NCBI GenBank assembly: GCA_027604505.1
Contig: JADIIX010000066.1
Location: 1-64,000 of the forward strand
DNA length: 64,000 bases
Direction of reading: 5' to 3'
Source: Gonapodya sp. JEL0774
Taxonomy: Eukaryota
Positions 62,296 through 64,000 of the stretch are shown piece by piece. Below the pieces are notes generated by a model. The model was given only the letters and a program-made list of their open reading frames with translations. It ran no database searches and had not been told where the DNA came from. The stretch's first letter is position 1, and each line of letters starts with the position of its first letter. The translations under genes and the position numbers were made by a program.

Positions 62296-62755
62296 CAGCG
62301 GAGTAATTCGCACAGCATTGTGGGCTGATACAGAATCTCCTCATATATGTATACATATATAAATTAATGACTTGTAACACAATACTACATCTGCTGAATC
62401 GCTCTGTAAGCTGGACACTGGTGTTGATTTTCTGCGGAATCATGCAAAAAAAATGACAACGAGGGGAAGATCGCTGAAAGTTCTACTGTGAAGAATCCCC
62501 GTGATTTTGATGAGTGACATCCACTGGAGCATGGATACTTTATGGAAGACTCCTTCTCAAGTAAATAGTGAGCAGCAGGATTTGACCGGACTGCAAGACC
62601 AGTTTGATGAAGGGCGAAATGACTCTGCCAGTGAGAGTGGAAAACTTCATGATAGAAGCAAGTGTTTTCCCATTTATGCAGCTCTTCTCATGTATGTCGA
62701 AAATATTTCGGAGTACATACACCGGAGTGAACTTCCTTGTTTAGCCTGGGTGTCA

Positions 62756-62784
62756 TGTCTCCCGACGGAGATAGGCCTCCGGCA
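62756..62784 (+). promoter_or_regulatory. Candidate cis-element pair TGTCTCCCGA...CCTCCGGCA upstream of MFS copy 2
   Basis: Conserved relative to the copy 1 promoter while the surrounding sequence does not align. Confidence 0.45.
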
Positions 62785-62889
62785 CAACCTGCGCCGAGTT
62801 CAGGAACTCCTTACGTATTTAAACTGGATCCATCTCTCGGGCAATCTCTACTAAGGCACTTCCTCACCAATAATTGAGAACTAGCCAAC

Positions 62890-64000
62890 ATGGAGGATGA
62901 GAAGAATGAACAAAAGCCTGTGGTGAGTGTCCAGCTCTGCTGTGCCGTTCGCTACCCGTTCCGGGAGCCCTTGTATTTCGGCTCCTTCGCCCGAACTCCG
63001 CTCTTCCGGAAAGCACCGTCAGGATCTGCAAGTGCAGAATCTCGAAGCAGCATTTTGATTCCGCGTTCCGCAGCGGTGGCCAGTAACTCTGTTTTCGGAT
63101 CTCTAACCAGTGCTCTCTTGTTGTTATCCACACTATTCTGCACTGCGTGTCACACAATTCATGAAATACGAAGCTCGAAAATCCTGTCACATGGAGTCCC
63201 GAAGAGGTAAGCAGTAGAAATCACACGATATCGTTCGGCAATTTGCGGCGACGGTTCCTCATGAGTGTGACCGTTTTCCCGCTCACAGGAGGCCGCTGTT
63301 ATGCGAAAAGTCGATTTCAGAATAGTTCCTTGGTTGATGCTTTGTTACACTGCTCTCAACGTAAGTGCTTTTTAGTTTTGGTTTGTTGACTTCATCATTC
63401 TTACGAGTTCCACTCTGGATATCAGATTGATCGTGGAAACATTTCCAACGGTGACTTCACAATAAGTCCACTCATTCTATGAATCTTCTCTTATTTTGAC
63501 CCAAATATTCAAGCTGCCATTATGAACGCGGAAACCCCAACTCACACTCTGCTTTACCAACTTGGTCTCCAGGGGGATCAATTCAATTGGGCACTCTCCG
63601 CGTTCTTCTTCGGTTATGTTGCATTTGAAATCCCTAGTGTGAGTTGCTGAAAACCAACGTATCATTTTGCTGACCTTGATCTTCTTAACTCACGTTCGTC
63701 TGAAGAACATGTTAATCACTCGCTTCAACCCAAGCCGATGGATCGCCAGGTAGCCACACATTCTTTTGCTTTGTGGAAAAATCGCAACGTCGCCATCTCA
63801 CGTGCCTTATTTCCCCCAGAATCATGACCACTTGGGGAATCTGTGCTGCCCTCATGGGCGCCACCACGAACTTCGCCGGTCTCGTTGCGGTGAGAGTGGC
63901 AGTTGGGAGTATGGAAGCGGGATATTCTCCTGGAACAGCCCTCTACCTCGCTTTTTGGTGGGCTTTCTGCATACTCCCTTTCTATGGAACAATTTCGTTT
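62890..64000 (+). CDS. MFS transporter (Dal5/Tna1-like), tandem copy 2, runs off the window
   Basis: Same exon series as copy 1 (MEDEKNEQKPV|LENPVTWSPEE|EAAVMRKVDFRIVPW...) with near-identical exons and diverged introns. Confidence 0.93.

Noticed and set aside
35137..64000. Terpene biosynthetic gene cluster (methyltransferase, squalene synthase, transporters)
   Set aside because: The genes are separated by a 15-kb dynein and a CTLH gene; there is no cyclase or P450, and ERG9 is a primary-metabolism gene.

Overview
Intron-rich eukaryotic DNA, most consistent with a flagellated early-diverging (zoosporic) fungus. The inference rests on an axonemal outer-arm dynein heavy chain next to a fungal-type squalene synthase, YOR1-like ABCC pumps and Dal5/Tna1-type MFS permeases. 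The first ~4 kb is a transposon graveyard: a copia RT remnant, a dead intron-containing hAT transposase with one recognisable end, and a possible LTR/gag relic, followed by an assembly gap. Next come a TlpA-like WCPPC thioredoxin fused to a SAP/ARMET_C-like domain (8-nt microexon in the active-site motif), AK6/Fap7, Nab2/ZC3H14, a single-pass membrane protein, a VanZ-like protein and a 2-oxoglutarate/malate carrier. Two convergent ABCC paralogues follow, sharing a ~950-bp near-perfect inverted repeat around a 2.4-kb decayed spacer. The rest holds decayed F-box genes, a SAM methyltransferase, a CTLH/CRA-UBA protein, the dynein, ERG9, a small TM ORF and two tandem MFS permeases with a shared upstream motif. 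No tRNA, rRNA, CRISPR or riboswitch could be supported. Exon structures were inferred by eye and no database searches were run.
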